The notes: generated from the letters alone by a model not told the origin. DNA of 64,000 nucleotides from Spirochaetia bacterium (GCA_965196605.1 CBDAKK010000008.1:608291-672290), one strand, 5' to 3'; numbered from the stretch's first letter, positions 22,001 through 30,822 are shown. Made by a program: numbers and translations.

Positions 22001-22304
22001 AAAAAGCAATATTCCAGAAATTGTGCGCAAGTTAAGTGAAATAAAGGATGAGCAAGGACGCGTTGCCGAGCTAGAGACAAGGTTGCAAAAGCTTAACGAA
22101 GAGGCAGCAAACAAGCTGACCTTGCTTGCACTTGTCACCACACCGCCCAGCAGAAAGGGCAAGACTACAAAAATAGATGAAAAAACCAAAGACATCATTA
22201 TTGGACTAAACGAAAACAGTTTCAAGCCTGAGCGCATTGCAAAAATTGTGGGCATTAGCACCAACGAAGTGCAAATGGTGTTAGAAAACATGTTTATAAA
22301 ATAA
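19056..22304 (+). CDS. Membrane-anchored giant coiled-coil protein with internal 80-aa tandem repeats and HTH-like C-terminus
   Basis: ORF 18921..22304. Likely start is MMISIFDIILFLCFVTLFVL (TM helix) after a GGGGAAGGG RBS. About 1000 aa of E/K/Q-rich heptads. The tail ERIAKIVGISTNEVQMVL resembles a helix-turn-helix. Confidence 0.7.
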   Translation: MMISIFDIILFLCFVTLFVLHRVHVTQRRNRDSISGVEKIAHEMQSTVEQKQRAIEALAIEANAVERNVAGIFKEIASTAELMQKMHGEMRAEKLRIEQLSKKNKQFLDVVPQARSMQENLQSIIAHADGVSAGMASKISQAQSVLEQCDVREVHLNEKLGRLEDQMHSVIESGKDTMRSLVGDIASQVDATMERTDYKFKTYEEQYIEKIRVTLEQCRTSFEEETEHASQSTLTQFQKYISGIEEHKKEYSAFVDSQKLTIATLKADTLSDLEGAISRKHDELANALSAFEQTLEGSMNTIRDKYDREILEVKQSVLPISIMVEKLENDTQRTCTQIQEQYANLRASTAQELEAVSSQQALLTGEVTKTEEELLALRENIYNAFESTSAEQQEMWNEKLQSYEAQLKESITKHEEQAEVLNAAHEEVVRSMEQKYKNAQEELEAELHKAQEGIVALRERAQQVLESTSEEQQAVWNEKLQSYEAQLEENITKHEEQAESLNAAHEEIVRSMEQKYKNAQEELEAELYKAQEDIVALRESAQQALQSTSEEQQAVWNEKLQSYEAQLEESITKHEEQAEALKAVHEKTLRDVSHACEEEKRVTLETMRTTITQGVDNSVEDVSSFATEYFNAKKDELEKTMQQLQEEHKESIHKVLHQYKTLCDDVQMQYEQRDEYIEQKHTQCLQKMDELESALQTRLESHAKIIEERADADVLRVVEHVNTSLDTVKKSVDSTQDTMQQKLSSMQEHFDSSEEAIEHKLQSIQRLVQVLQEKHKKQVALIDEDNESIKLLEKLHLDIEKDFAKTESAIVGLKTKYAASEKLEKKLSSITKQVDALHEVLASVKSKDLELRRIIKDHEKMSKQVDKIDVRSGKIHDTIELLQSKEEKVRRIKESLTEIQITQKDIEKHKRDLENDKAQYQIVLDSMNALERSIGTLEKKSNLLQNNMNNWEGQIHETGQALEAITQHKEEVQNIAARVDATKSNIPEIVRKLSEIKDEQGRVAELETRLQKLNEEAANKLTLLALVTTPPSRKGKTTKIDEKTKDIIIGLNENSFKPERIAKIVGISTNEVQMVLENMFIK
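20181..20810 (+). repeat. In-frame tandem repeat, 240-bp period, about 2.6 copies
   Basis: Units start at 20181, 20421 and 20661 (ALRE...STSxEQQxxWNEKLQSYEAQLxExITKHEEQAExLNAAHEE...). Confidence 0.9.
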
Positions 22305-22334
22305 GCATGTGATGTGGTATTGCATGTATGCACG

Positions 22335-22531
22335 CTTTGTGGGGGCAAGCCCCCACACCCCCGTGTGGTAAGACGCTGCTTTGCGCTCCGCGCGCGAGGC
22401 TGCCCGCCGTCCGTAACACGGCTTTAGATGCAAAACACGGGCTGCTTTAGCTTGATTGCTCACGCTTTTTGCTGCCACTGCATGGGGCGGCTGTGAGGAC
22501 GCTCACGAGCGCAGCGAGGGGATGCGAACTA
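22335..22531 (-). repeat. Solo arm of the G5/C5-hairpin foldback repeat family (inverted relative to the 62.3-kb copy)
   Basis: CTTTGTGGGGGCAAGCCCCCACACCCCC...GCGCTCCGCGCG terminus. 22481..22531 is the reverse complement of 62631..62690 (GCTTATGCAATAGTTTGCATCCCCTCGC...CAGCCGCCCCATG). Confidence 0.8.
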
Positions 22532-22607
22532 TTGCATAAGCATTGTGGCGTGTGTGCGTGGATTATTTTTTTATAATTTGTTGCTAGTATGTATACAAAA
22601 AAGTCTC

Positions 22608-22647
22608 TGTGCTATAATTAAAACTCACATAAAATTTCTATAGCACA
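22608..22647 (+). promoter_or_regulatory. Putative fabV promoter (TGcTATAAT) embedded in a perfect 9-bp inverted repeat
   Basis: TGTGCTATA (22608-22616) and TATAGCACA (22639-22647). Extended -10 TGCTATAAT at 22610-22618, about 55 nt upstream of the fabV ATG. Confidence 0.4.
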
Positions 22648-22673
22648 TAGCAGTTATATAAAGGTAGGCTTAC

Positions 22674-23873
22674 ATGGCAAAAATGGTAATAACACCCAAG
22701 ATAATGCGAAATATATGCATTAACGCGCACCCTCTGGGTTGCAGAAAGCTCGTTGAAGAGCAAATAAGCTACGTAAAAGAGGCGAAACCTGCAACCCAAG
22801 GAGAAACGGGGCCGAAAAACGTACTGGTAATAGGTGGCTCAGCGGGCTATGGGCTTGCTACACGCATAGCATGTGCCTACGGGTACAATGCGAAGACGCT
22901 CAATGTTGCCTTTGAAACGCCCGCGCTTGTGGAGAAAAAGCGCCCTGCGTCTGTTGGTTGGTATAACTCTCATGCTTTTGAGGAGCTTGCACATGGCGAT
23001 GGGCTGTGGGCGAAGAGTATATTTGGGGATGCCTTTAGCGATGAGATAAAGCAAGAGGCGATTGAGCTTATTAAGAGCGAATTGGGTACGGTAGATCTTG
23101 TGATATACAGCCTTGCGTCAGGCAAGCGCGTTGATGCAAAGACTGGAGCGCTTTACAGCTCGGTTTTGAAACCTGTAGGACAGGATTTTGCAGAAAGAAC
23201 TTTGGATGTGCTTTCGGGGCATGTGAAAGACGTGTCTATTGGCGCTGCCACAGAGGATGAAGTTGCTCATACGGTAAAAGTTATGGGTGGGGAAGACTGG
23301 CGCGCGTGGATTGATGCGCTTGTGGAAGCTGGTGTGCTTGCTGAAAACGCTACAACGATTGCGTATTCGTACATAGGTCCTGAGCTCACTAAGGCCTTGT
23401 ACCGCAATGGTAGCATAGGCAAGGCAAAGGAACACTTGGAGGCAAGTGCGCATGAAATAGACACCATGCTGCAGGGCAAGGGCTTGGGGCGCGCCTACGT
23501 TTCTGTGAATAAGGCGCTTGTTACGCGCGCAAGCATGGTCATACCCGTAGTGCCTTTGTATCTTTCTATTTTGTATAAAGTGATGAAGGATAAAAACATA
23601 CATGAGGGCTGCATTGAGCAAATGTATAGAATGCTGCATGAAAAGCTGTACAATGGCAAGGGTGTTATAACTGATGCGCAGCAGCGTATACGTGTTGATG
23701 ATTGGGAAATGCGCGATGATGTGCAAGAAGAGGTACGGCGCGTGTGGCAGCTTGTAAATGATGATACGGTTAGGGAGTACACGGATATAGAAGGCTTTAC
23801 AAAAGATTTTTATAATATACATGGGTTTATGTTTGATGGCGTGAACTACGAAGAGGAAGTAGCGGTCTCGTGA
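22674..23873 (+). CDS. fabV: Trans-2-enoyl-CoA/ACP reductase (NADH), FabV/TER type
   Basis: End-to-end resemblance to the Treponema TER type as I remember it: NICINAHPLGC, VLVIGGSAGYGLA, VKVMGGEDW, YSYIGPE, GSIGKAKEHLE, HEGCIEQ. Confidence 0.9.
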   Translation: MAKMVITPKIMRNICINAHPLGCRKLVEEQISYVKEAKPATQGETGPKNVLVIGGSAGYGLATRIACAYGYNAKTLNVAFETPALVEKKRPASVGWYNSHAFEELAHGDGLWAKSIFGDAFSDEIKQEAIELIKSELGTVDLVIYSLASGKRVDAKTGALYSSVLKPVGQDFAERTLDVLSGHVKDVSIGAATEDEVAHTVKVMGGEDWRAWIDALVEAGVLAENATTIAYSYIGPELTKALYRNGSIGKAKEHLEASAHEIDTMLQGKGLGRAYVSVNKALVTRASMVIPVVPLYLSILYKVMKDKNIHEGCIEQMYRMLHEKLYNGKGVITDAQQRIRVDDWEMRDDVQEEVRRVWQLVNDDTVREYTDIEGFTKDFYNIHGFMFDGVNYEEEVAVS

Positions 23874-23910
23874 CCCCTTCCTATATTTTTTCTGTTGTAT
23901 TAGGGTATTC

Positions 23911-24918
23911 ATGGTATTAGAATCGTTTGTATTGGGGACTAGTGGCTCCTTGCCACTGCCGAGACGGGGCTTGAGTTCCGTTCTCATTCATAGAGAGGGA
24001 GAGAAGTTTCTTTTTGATTGCGGTGAAGGCGTGCAAGTTAACCTTAAGGCTATGCATTTGCGTTGGAAACACCTCAAGCTTGTTTGTATATCTCACTCGC
24101 ATGCTGACCACGTGACGGGGCTGCCGGGCATGCTCATGCTGTGCGCACAAGTGGAGCGAGAGGAGCCGCTTACTATTATTTGTCCCAGCGCTGTGAAAAA
24201 CTTTATTACTGCGGTGCGCAAAGAGCTTGGAATATACGTAAATTATAAAATCAACTATGTCTTGTTGGATGATATTGTCAAAGAAGAAAAAGTATACGAA
24301 GATGTAAATAAGGAATACGATATTTTCGCATTTCCCGGTAAGCATACGAGGGCTGTGTGGGGTTTTTCCTTTGTAGAAAAGCCGAGAGCGGGACGCTTTT
24401 TTCCTGAGCTTGCGCGTGAGCGCGGGGTTCCTATGGGGCCTCTGTGGTCTGAGTTGCAAAAGGGAAAGAGCGTTACGCTTGACAATGGGGATGTGGTTTT
24501 GCCGAATGAAGTAGTGGGCTTGCCGCGTAAGGGGCGTAAAATATGCTACGTAACGGACACGCGTCCCACGCAGACTATAGAGCACGCAATAGCCGGAGCG
24601 GACTTGGTTTTTTGTGAAGGTATGTTTAAAAATGAGCACAGTCTTAGTGCAAAGGAGAAGTTGCACATGACTGGCGTTGAGGCAGCGGGAATGTTAAAAA
24701 AAGCATGTGTTGCCAAGGCGGGGCTTATTCATTTTAGTCCTCGTTATCTTGTAAAGGATATTTACGAGATAGAGAAGGAAGCGCAAGATGTTTTTCCGCA
24801 TGTTTTTTGTTGTAAAGACAGAATGCATGTGAGCGTGCCCTACGATGAGGGCGAAGAAGAACATTATAATATTGAATATGAAAATAATGAAAACACTATT
24901 AAAGTTGCAGAGGCGTAA
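23911..24918 (+). CDS. rnz: Ribonuclease Z (metallo-beta-lactamase fold)
   Basis: LGTSGSLP, FDCGEGVQ, ISHSHADHVTGLPG (HxHxDH) motifs. Confidence 0.85.
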   Translation: MVLESFVLGTSGSLPLPRRGLSSVLIHREGEKFLFDCGEGVQVNLKAMHLRWKHLKLVCISHSHADHVTGLPGMLMLCAQVEREEPLTIICPSAVKNFITAVRKELGIYVNYKINYVLLDDIVKEEKVYEDVNKEYDIFAFPGKHTRAVWGFSFVEKPRAGRFFPELARERGVPMGPLWSELQKGKSVTLDNGDVVLPNEVVGLPRKGRKICYVTDTRPTQTIEHAIAGADLVFCEGMFKNEHSLSAKEKLHMTGVEAAGMLKKACVAKAGLIHFSPRYLVKDIYEIEKEAQDVFPHVFCCKDRMHVSVPYDEGEEEHYNIEYENNENTIKVAEA

Positions 24919-24927
24919 GGAGGGTAC

Positions 24928-25899
24928 ATGATAGAATTACGCAATGTTTCAAAATATTACAGTAGCTTTAAGGCTATACACGATATGAGTTTTTCCGTAA
25001 ACACGGGCGAAATTGTGGGCTTATTAGGTCCCAATGGAGCGGGAAAAACCACGGTTATGAAAATGATAACCGGATACCATAATCCGCATGAGGGTACGGT
25101 GAAGGTTTGCGATGTGAACGTCATGGATGAACCTGTGAAGGCAAAACAGCACGTAGGCTATCTTCCTGAGCACAACCCACTCTATGAAGACTTGTTTGTC
25201 TACGAGTATTTGCGTTTTGTTGCGCGTTCACGTGGGGTGTCGGAGACTGAACTTGAAGGCTCACTTAAAAAGGTTATAGAGTTGTGCTCGCTTTCGGAGT
25301 TTTTGTACAAACCCATCAACAGCCTTTCAAAGGGCATGAGGCAGCGCGTTGGGCTTGCACAGGCTATTATTCATGAGCCCGATGTGGTTATTCTTGACGA
25401 GCCGACTTCGGGTCTCGACCCCAACCAAATTAAGGACATACGTGCGGTTATACGTGAGCTTGGTAAAACAAAAACGGTCATGCTTTCTACGCACATATTG
25501 CAGGAAGTGGAAATACTTTGTAACCGCATACTTATTGTTAATCAAGGACATATTGTCGCAGAGGGTACAAGTTCGGAAATAGCGGCAAAGCTCAAGGGCG
25601 AAGACGTGTACACGCTTGCGCTTTCTGGTGAGGTGGCAGCAAACACCATAGAGGGTTTAAAAACCTTGCGCGGTATTGCTGATGCTGCTGTACTCAGTGA
25701 TGCGGGGGCGAATGGGTACACTGCCGTGCAAGTAAACGCGGAGTCAGGTCTTGTGCAAGGTGAAGATATCTTTGATTGGGCTGTTACCAATAAGCTGCGT
25801 ATACGAGAACTGTATAAGAAAAGCGCTACGCTTGAGTCTATCTTTCAATCTATTACTTCGCATGAAGACAGTGCACAATCAACAGGAGGTGCCGTATGA
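24928..25899 (+). CDS. ABC transporter ATP-binding protein (ABC-2/GldA-like)
   Basis: Walker A GPNGAGKTT, signature LSKGMRQRV, Walker B VVILDEP. Confidence 0.9.
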   Translation: MIELRNVSKYYSSFKAIHDMSFSVNTGEIVGLLGPNGAGKTTVMKMITGYHNPHEGTVKVCDVNVMDEPVKAKQHVGYLPEHNPLYEDLFVYEYLRFVARSRGVSETELEGSLKKVIELCSLSEFLYKPINSLSKGMRQRVGLAQAIIHEPDVVILDEPTSGLDPNQIKDIRAVIRELGKTKTVMLSTHILQEVEILCNRILIVNQGHIVAEGTSSEIAAKLKGEDVYTLALSGEVAANTIEGLKTLRGIADAAVLSDAGANGYTAVQVNAESGLVQGEDIFDWAVTNKLRIRELYKKSATLESIFQSITSHEDSAQSTGGAV

Positions 25900-26612
25900 T
25901 ACTTACGCTTATACGCAAAGAATTGCGTCAATATTTTAGTTCTCCCATTGCGTACATACTTATTTTCTTTTTCTGTTTTATTACTGCGGGGTGGACCTTT
26001 CAGCTTCAATCTTTTTTTGCCCAAGACACGGCAAACCTTCGGGCGTTTTTTAACATTATGCCGATTTTGTTTGTTATATTAGTGCCGGCTGTTACCATGC
26101 GTACGTGGGCGGAGGAGCGCAAGGTGGGTTCTGACCAATTGTTGCTTACCTTGCCCTACAGCGAAATGCAGCTGGTACTTGGTAAGTTTTTGGGCGCTAT
26201 GACATTGTTTATGCTCATGCTCATAGGCACCGTAAGTGTTCCATTAACCTTACTGCCTTTTGGGCATTTTGAAATAGGCGTGCTGTTTGGTAATTACTTT
26301 GGGCTTTTGCTTATTATTGCCGCGGAGGTGAGTATAGGGTGTTTTCTTTCTTCAATCTCGAAGAATCAAATATCAAACTTTTTGCTTACGACCATGGTGT
26401 TGCTTCTTATAACCTTGCTTGGGTTTTTGCCTGGGCTTTTAACATTGCCGCGCTGGTTAGGCGGTGTTTTGCAATACCTTTCGGTTATGACGCATTTTAA
26501 TAGCTTTGTAAAAGGCCTTATAGATACGCGCGACGTGGTTTTCTACATAGCCGTGATTGCGGTGTTTTTGTTTCTCAACAAGCAAGTGCTCTTGCAAAGG
26601 AAGTGGAGGTAA
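25896..26612 (+). CDS. ABC-2 type permease (GldF-like)
   Basis: Six-TM hydrophobic protein, overlapping and presumably translationally coupled to the ATPase gene. Confidence 0.8.
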   Translation: MILTLIRKELRQYFSSPIAYILIFFFCFITAGWTFQLQSFFAQDTANLRAFFNIMPILFVILVPAVTMRTWAEERKVGSDQLLLTLPYSEMQLVLGKFLGAMTLFMLMLIGTVSVPLTLLPFGHFEIGVLFGNYFGLLLIIAAEVSIGCFLSSISKNQISNFLLTTMVLLLITLLGFLPGLLTLPRWLGGVLQYLSVMTHFNSFVKGLIDTRDVVFYIAVIAVFLFLNKQVLLQRKWR

Positions 26613-26618
26613 GTAATT

Positions 26619-28259
26619 ATGCAACAGAAAAACGCTTTAAAGCTTAAACAAAATTTGACAGCCATTGTCTTTGCGGTTGTATTAGGACTTGTTATTGTAA
26701 ATTCACTACTCTTTTACACACGCGTGGACTTAACGGAAAACAAGGCCTATTCTATTTCAAAAATTTCGCAAGATATCGTACGCGGTATACCCGATGCAGT
26801 GTATATAGATTATTACATATCGCCTAAGTTAAAAACGGCAACGCCGGATGCGCAGCACATGATAGACATACTTCAAGAGTATCAATCGCGTTCAAATGGG
26901 CGCGTAGTCTTTGCGGAAAAAGATCCCGACAAGCCTGAAAACATAGGTGTTGCTGAAGAGCGCGGACTTACACCTCAGCAAATACAAGTGCTTGAAAAAA
27001 ACCAAGCGACGTATGCCGTTGTGTATTCTGGCTTAGTGCTTTCGTATCAAAATGAGACTCGCGTCATTCCTTTTTTCTTGCAACCTGCTGTTTTGGAGTA
27101 CCAAATAACTTCAAAGGTACAAGAGATGATAACAAATGACACGCGTGTTATTGGCATGCTTATACTTGATGATGCGTATCAAGATGAGCGCTCATTGCAG
27201 GGGCTTCGCCAAACTTTGCAAAGTGATCACACACTTCGTGATATTGAAAAGGGCACGGCAGTAGATGAGGAAGTGGACGTGCTCTTTGTCATAGGGGCAA
27301 AGGACGTAGACAATGACACGGCGTATTATATAGACCAATTTCTTATGCAGGGTAAGGGCGCTTATTTTGCTGTAGACCGCGTACGTGTGGATGTGAGCAG
27401 GGGCTTGTTTGGTGTGTATCAAAACACCGTACTTCACGACATGCTTAAGCACTATGGCATTACTATAGAGGATACTATTGTACTGGATGAATATAACAAG
27501 CTTATTCCGGTGAACAGGGGGCAAGGCTTGCAAGTTTTGCAGAACTACCCCATGTGGATGACGGCGCTTCCAGAAAATGTGGACAAGGAAAACCCCATTA
27601 CTGCGCGTTTTGGTGGGCTTGATTTGTTTTGGACGAGCCCTTTGAGCGTCTCTGAAGATAAGAAAGACTATGTTACTGCGTTAGTATCGAGTTCTGAAAA
27701 GTCATGGACAAAGGGGCATACGCAGTCTCCGAGCGCAGAGGAAAACTCTGATGATACGGCCCCTAAGGTCTATCAACTACAGCCTGACCAAACGCAGTTT
27801 TTTCTCGATAAGCGTTCTGATAATACCAAGTCTCACGTGGTAACGAATGCATTTTTAGGACCACTTACGAGCGCGGTTGAGGAAAAGATTATAAGCATAC
27901 CAGAGGGGGCGGCGGATGATTACCGTAGTAGTGGAGAGTCTGCGCGCTTTGTGCTTACGGGTAGTACTTTTTTCCTTTCCTACTTATATCAAGTAACTAA
28001 TGCGGGCTACAACCTCGCGTTTCTTTCAAACGCTTCCGACTGGCTTGGTAGTGATGAAAAGCTTTTGCAAATAAAGTCGCGTGTTGTAAAAGATGTGCGT
28101 CTTAACAAAATACAAGACGAGGCAAAGAAGAACACACTGGCATTGTTGGTGCAATTGTGGAATGTAATTCTTTTACCACTTCTAGTAATTGTAATTGCAA
28201 TTATTGTTCTCACCTTTCGACGTAGTATTTCTGCTAAAAAATACTACTCCAAGAGTTAA
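26619..28259 (+). CDS. GldG-like ABC-transporter auxiliary protein
   Basis: N- and C-terminal TM anchors flank a large external domain, in the position after GldA/GldF-like genes. Confidence 0.65.
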   Translation: MQQKNALKLKQNLTAIVFAVVLGLVIVNSLLFYTRVDLTENKAYSISKISQDIVRGIPDAVYIDYYISPKLKTATPDAQHMIDILQEYQSRSNGRVVFAEKDPDKPENIGVAEERGLTPQQIQVLEKNQATYAVVYSGLVLSYQNETRVIPFFLQPAVLEYQITSKVQEMITNDTRVIGMLILDDAYQDERSLQGLRQTLQSDHTLRDIEKGTAVDEEVDVLFVIGAKDVDNDTAYYIDQFLMQGKGAYFAVDRVRVDVSRGLFGVYQNTVLHDMLKHYGITIEDTIVLDEYNKLIPVNRGQGLQVLQNYPMWMTALPENVDKENPITARFGGLDLFWTSPLSVSEDKKDYVTALVSSSEKSWTKGHTQSPSAEENSDDTAPKVYQLQPDQTQFFLDKRSDNTKSHVVTNAFLGPLTSAVEEKIISIPEGAADDYRSSGESARFVLTGSTFFLSYLYQVTNAGYNLAFLSNASDWLGSDEKLLQIKSRVVKDVRLNKIQDEAKKNTLALLVQLWNVILLPLLVIVIAIIVLTFRRSISAKKYYSKS

Positions 28260-28292
28260 GGTGTGAAAACATAAAAATTTAAGAGGTACACG

Positions 28293-29381
28293 ATGAAAAA
28301 ACAATCACTTATAATACTTGTTGTCATTGTTTTGCTCACCAGCACCATGATGCTGGGGTATTTTTTCAAAGCGTCAAAGCGCGCAGCGAGGGTGCAGTCT
28401 ACTGCTGTGCTTAAAACCATAGGAGCAAAAATAGAGGTAGAGGACATTGGAGCAATACAGATCAACGACATGCGCTTAGAGCATGATGCTGATGAATATT
28501 CTGATTGGTGGGAATATGAAGATACAGAGAAAAACCTTACCATTGTAGCGTGGAGGGAGCGGGTAGAAGCATTTCTTAAGGATGTGAAAAACTTTTCTCA
28601 AGGACGAATTGTTGAAGCAAACCCTTCGGATATTGCTAAGTACGGCTTAGCAGAGTCAGAAGAAAAAGATAAAGCACCATATATTGTAACTTTAGAGTCG
28701 AAGTCGGGAAAGAATATTTTGAGTTTTGCATTTTCTCAGACCACAGACCCCGCCTATGCGCGCTTTGAAGACGACAAAGCAGTTTACAAAGTTGCGTCTA
28801 CATTGCACAGCACGCTTTCTTCTGAAACCATCTATTGGCTGGACACGCGTATTTTTACGCCGAATGTTGCGCCTACCCTTGAGATTGATGAGGTGAGTTT
28901 TATTACCATAAGTCCGCGTGATGGTACAAAGATGGTGCTTGGTAAAGACTTAGATGATAAGAAAAAGAAAAGCAAGAAGGACGAAGACACTGCAGAATGG
29001 ACGCTTGCTAACGCTGCGCTTACGCTTGATAATACAAAAGTTTCTCAGTATCTTAACGCTCTTCTGGAAGCAAAGGCAAAAGATTTTTCCGATGTTCAAG
29101 TTGTAGATTCCATGAAAGAGTCAGAGGTGCTTATAAAAACTAAAGACGGAACTGAAGTAGGCTTGACGCTGTATGCCTTTGCTGAAAATTTTTATGTGAA
29201 GAAAAAAACAGAGCATGAGAATGATTTTAATCAATACACCTTTCTTATTACAAAGTATCTTAAGGAAACGCTTTTTCCTACGTCTGCTGAACCCTTTGTA
29301 GCAGAGCCTCCTGTAGAGACACAGGAAGAAGCAGAAACAAAAGAGGAAACAGAAACAGAAGAAGAGAAAAAAACCGAGTAA
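28293..29381 (+). CDS. Membrane-anchored accessory protein (DUF4340-like by context), acidic tail
   Basis: N-terminal TM, fourth gene of the GldAFG-like operon, E/T-rich C-terminus. Family assignment is by context only. Confidence 0.45.
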   Translation: MKKQSLIILVVIVLLTSTMMLGYFFKASKRAARVQSTAVLKTIGAKIEVEDIGAIQINDMRLEHDADEYSDWWEYEDTEKNLTIVAWRERVEAFLKDVKNFSQGRIVEANPSDIAKYGLAESEEKDKAPYIVTLESKSGKNILSFAFSQTTDPAYARFEDDKAVYKVASTLHSTLSSETIYWLDTRIFTPNVAPTLEIDEVSFITISPRDGTKMVLGKDLDDKKKKSKKDEDTAEWTLANAALTLDNTKVSQYLNALLEAKAKDFSDVQVVDSMKESEVLIKTKDGTEVGLTLYAFAENFYVKKKTEHENDFNQYTFLITKYLKETLFPTSAEPFVAEPPVETQEEAETKEETETEEEKKTE

Positions 29382-29392
29382 TTTTTAAAGAT

Positions 29393-29454
29393 GCACAGCT
29401 GTAGCGCAAGCACCAAACCACGCTTGTGCTCTGAGGCTGTGCTTTTTTATTTTG
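29393..29454 (+). terminator. Rho-independent terminator of the ABC operon
   Basis: GCACAGC...AGCGCAAGC / GCTTGTGCT...GCTGTGC long stem followed by TTTTTTATTTT. Confidence 0.7.
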
Positions 29455-29624
29455 TTCAGTGTTCTGCTGGTCAATAATGCGTAGTGCATGGCAGCATGGA
29501 GCGTGTGCGTGGCGTGTTTATGGAGGCATTGCAATGTGTAAAGTCTGTACATGCAAGCGGTAAATGCGCATGCATCATTAATAGCGGCTGTACACCTTGC
29601 GCGTTCAATAAACGGCAATAGTAA

Positions 29625-29707
29625 AAAAAGTCTAGACATTTCAGGCAAAAAGTCTAGACATTTCCAGCAAAAAGTCTAGACATTTCCGGCAAAAAGTCTA
29701 GACATTG
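29625..29707 (+). repeat. Four head-to-tail 22-bp direct repeats AAAAAGTCTAGACATTTCnrGC, each with palindrome GTCTAGAC
   Basis: Units begin at 29625, 29647, 29669 and 29691 (last one partial). No spacers between units. Confidence 0.9.
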
Positions 29708-29740
29708 CTTTTGTACTATTGCGCGTTAGCATGTCTTATT

Positions 29741-29770
29741 TTGACAAGCCTTTATGCAATGTAGTATTAT
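29741..29770 (+). promoter_or_regulatory. Putative sigma70-type promoter for livHMGF
   Basis: TTGACA (29741-46), 18-nt spacer, TATTAT (29765-70). Lies immediately downstream of the 22-bp repeat array. Confidence 0.45.
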
Positions 29771-29928
29771 AAATCTATATTTTGATATTGGTTTTTGCTA
29801 CTACGTTGTTTGTGTTTATAACATTTGTAGTGAATAGCGTTGATGATTTTTTGCTTTTTTATGATACGGAGCATAAGCAACGTTTAGGTAAAAATAGTTG
29901 ATATTGTACAAGGGATTGCAGTTCTGTA

Positions 29929-30822
29929 ATGGATTTTTTAGTACGTGTAATATTTAGTGGACTTACCAAGGGCAGTATTTATGCGCTTCTAGCGCTTGGG
30001 TATACTATGGTTTATGGTATAGTCCAGCTTATAAATTTTGCACATGGTGAAATATACATGGTTGGCGCTTTTGTTGCTTTGCTGGTTTTTTCTATGCTTA
30101 GCACCTTAGGCCTTCCAATTGTTTTGGCAATAGCGCTGGCTATGCTGTTTGCAGTACTCATTTCATGTGGTTATGCGTATTTTATTAACAAAATAGCATA
30201 CGCGCCTCTGCAAAATTCGCCGCGCCTTTCAGCGCTTATAAGCGCCATAGGTATGTCGATATTCTTGCAAAATTATGTGTTGCTCGTTCAGACGGCAAAC
30301 TTTATTCCTTTTCCAAGCCTGCTTCCTGATAAGTCACTTATGGGTGGGTTGCTGAATTTACAGCAGCTTGTAATACTTGTAACCGTTGTGGTGTTTATGA
30401 CGCTGTTTTCCTTGCTTATAAAGTATACGCGCATCGGCAAGGCTATGCGTGCCACGGCGCAGGATCTCACTATGGCGCGACTCTTAGGCATTGATGTGAG
30501 GCTTATTATTTCACTTGCCTTTATTATTGGGGCAGCTGCCGCAGCGCTTGGTGGGGTTATGATAGGCTCCTATGTAGGCCAAATAAATTTTTACATAGGC
30601 TTTTTAGTTGGTATTAAGGCCTTTGTGGCTGCGGTGCTTGGGGGAATAGGGAGCATTACCGGGGCTGTTATAGGCAGCTTTGTACTAGGGCTTGTGGAAA
30701 GTTTTGGCGCGGGGTATATTTCAAGTGATTACGAAGATGTTTTTGCATTTTTGTTTTTGATAATAATATTGACGCTGCGCCCCGCTGGTATATTAGGTAG
30801 CTCACAAAAAGAGAAAGTATGA
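29929..30822 (+). CDS. livH: Branched-chain amino acid ABC transporter permease
   Basis: GSIYALLALGYTMVYGIVQLINFAHGE typical LivH N-terminus. Multi-TM. Confidence 0.9.
   Translation: MDFLVRVIFSGLTKGSIYALLALGYTMVYGIVQLINFAHGEIYMVGAFVALLVFSMLSTLGLPIVLAIALAMLFAVLISCGYAYFINKIAYAPLQNSPRLSALISAIGMSIFLQNYVLLVQTANFIPFPSLLPDKSLMGGLLNLQQLVILVTVVVFMTLFSLLIKYTRIGKAMRATAQDLTMARLLGIDVRLIISLAFIIGAAAAALGGVMIGSYVGQINFYIGFLVGIKAFVAAVLGGIGSITGAVIGSFVLGLVESFGAGYISSDYEDVFAFLFLIIILTLRPAGILGSSQKEKV

Noticed and set aside
29625-29707. CRISPR array
   Set aside because: The 22-bp units are directly abutting with no spacers, there are only four copies, and no cas genes are present. It is better explained as a protein-binding array.
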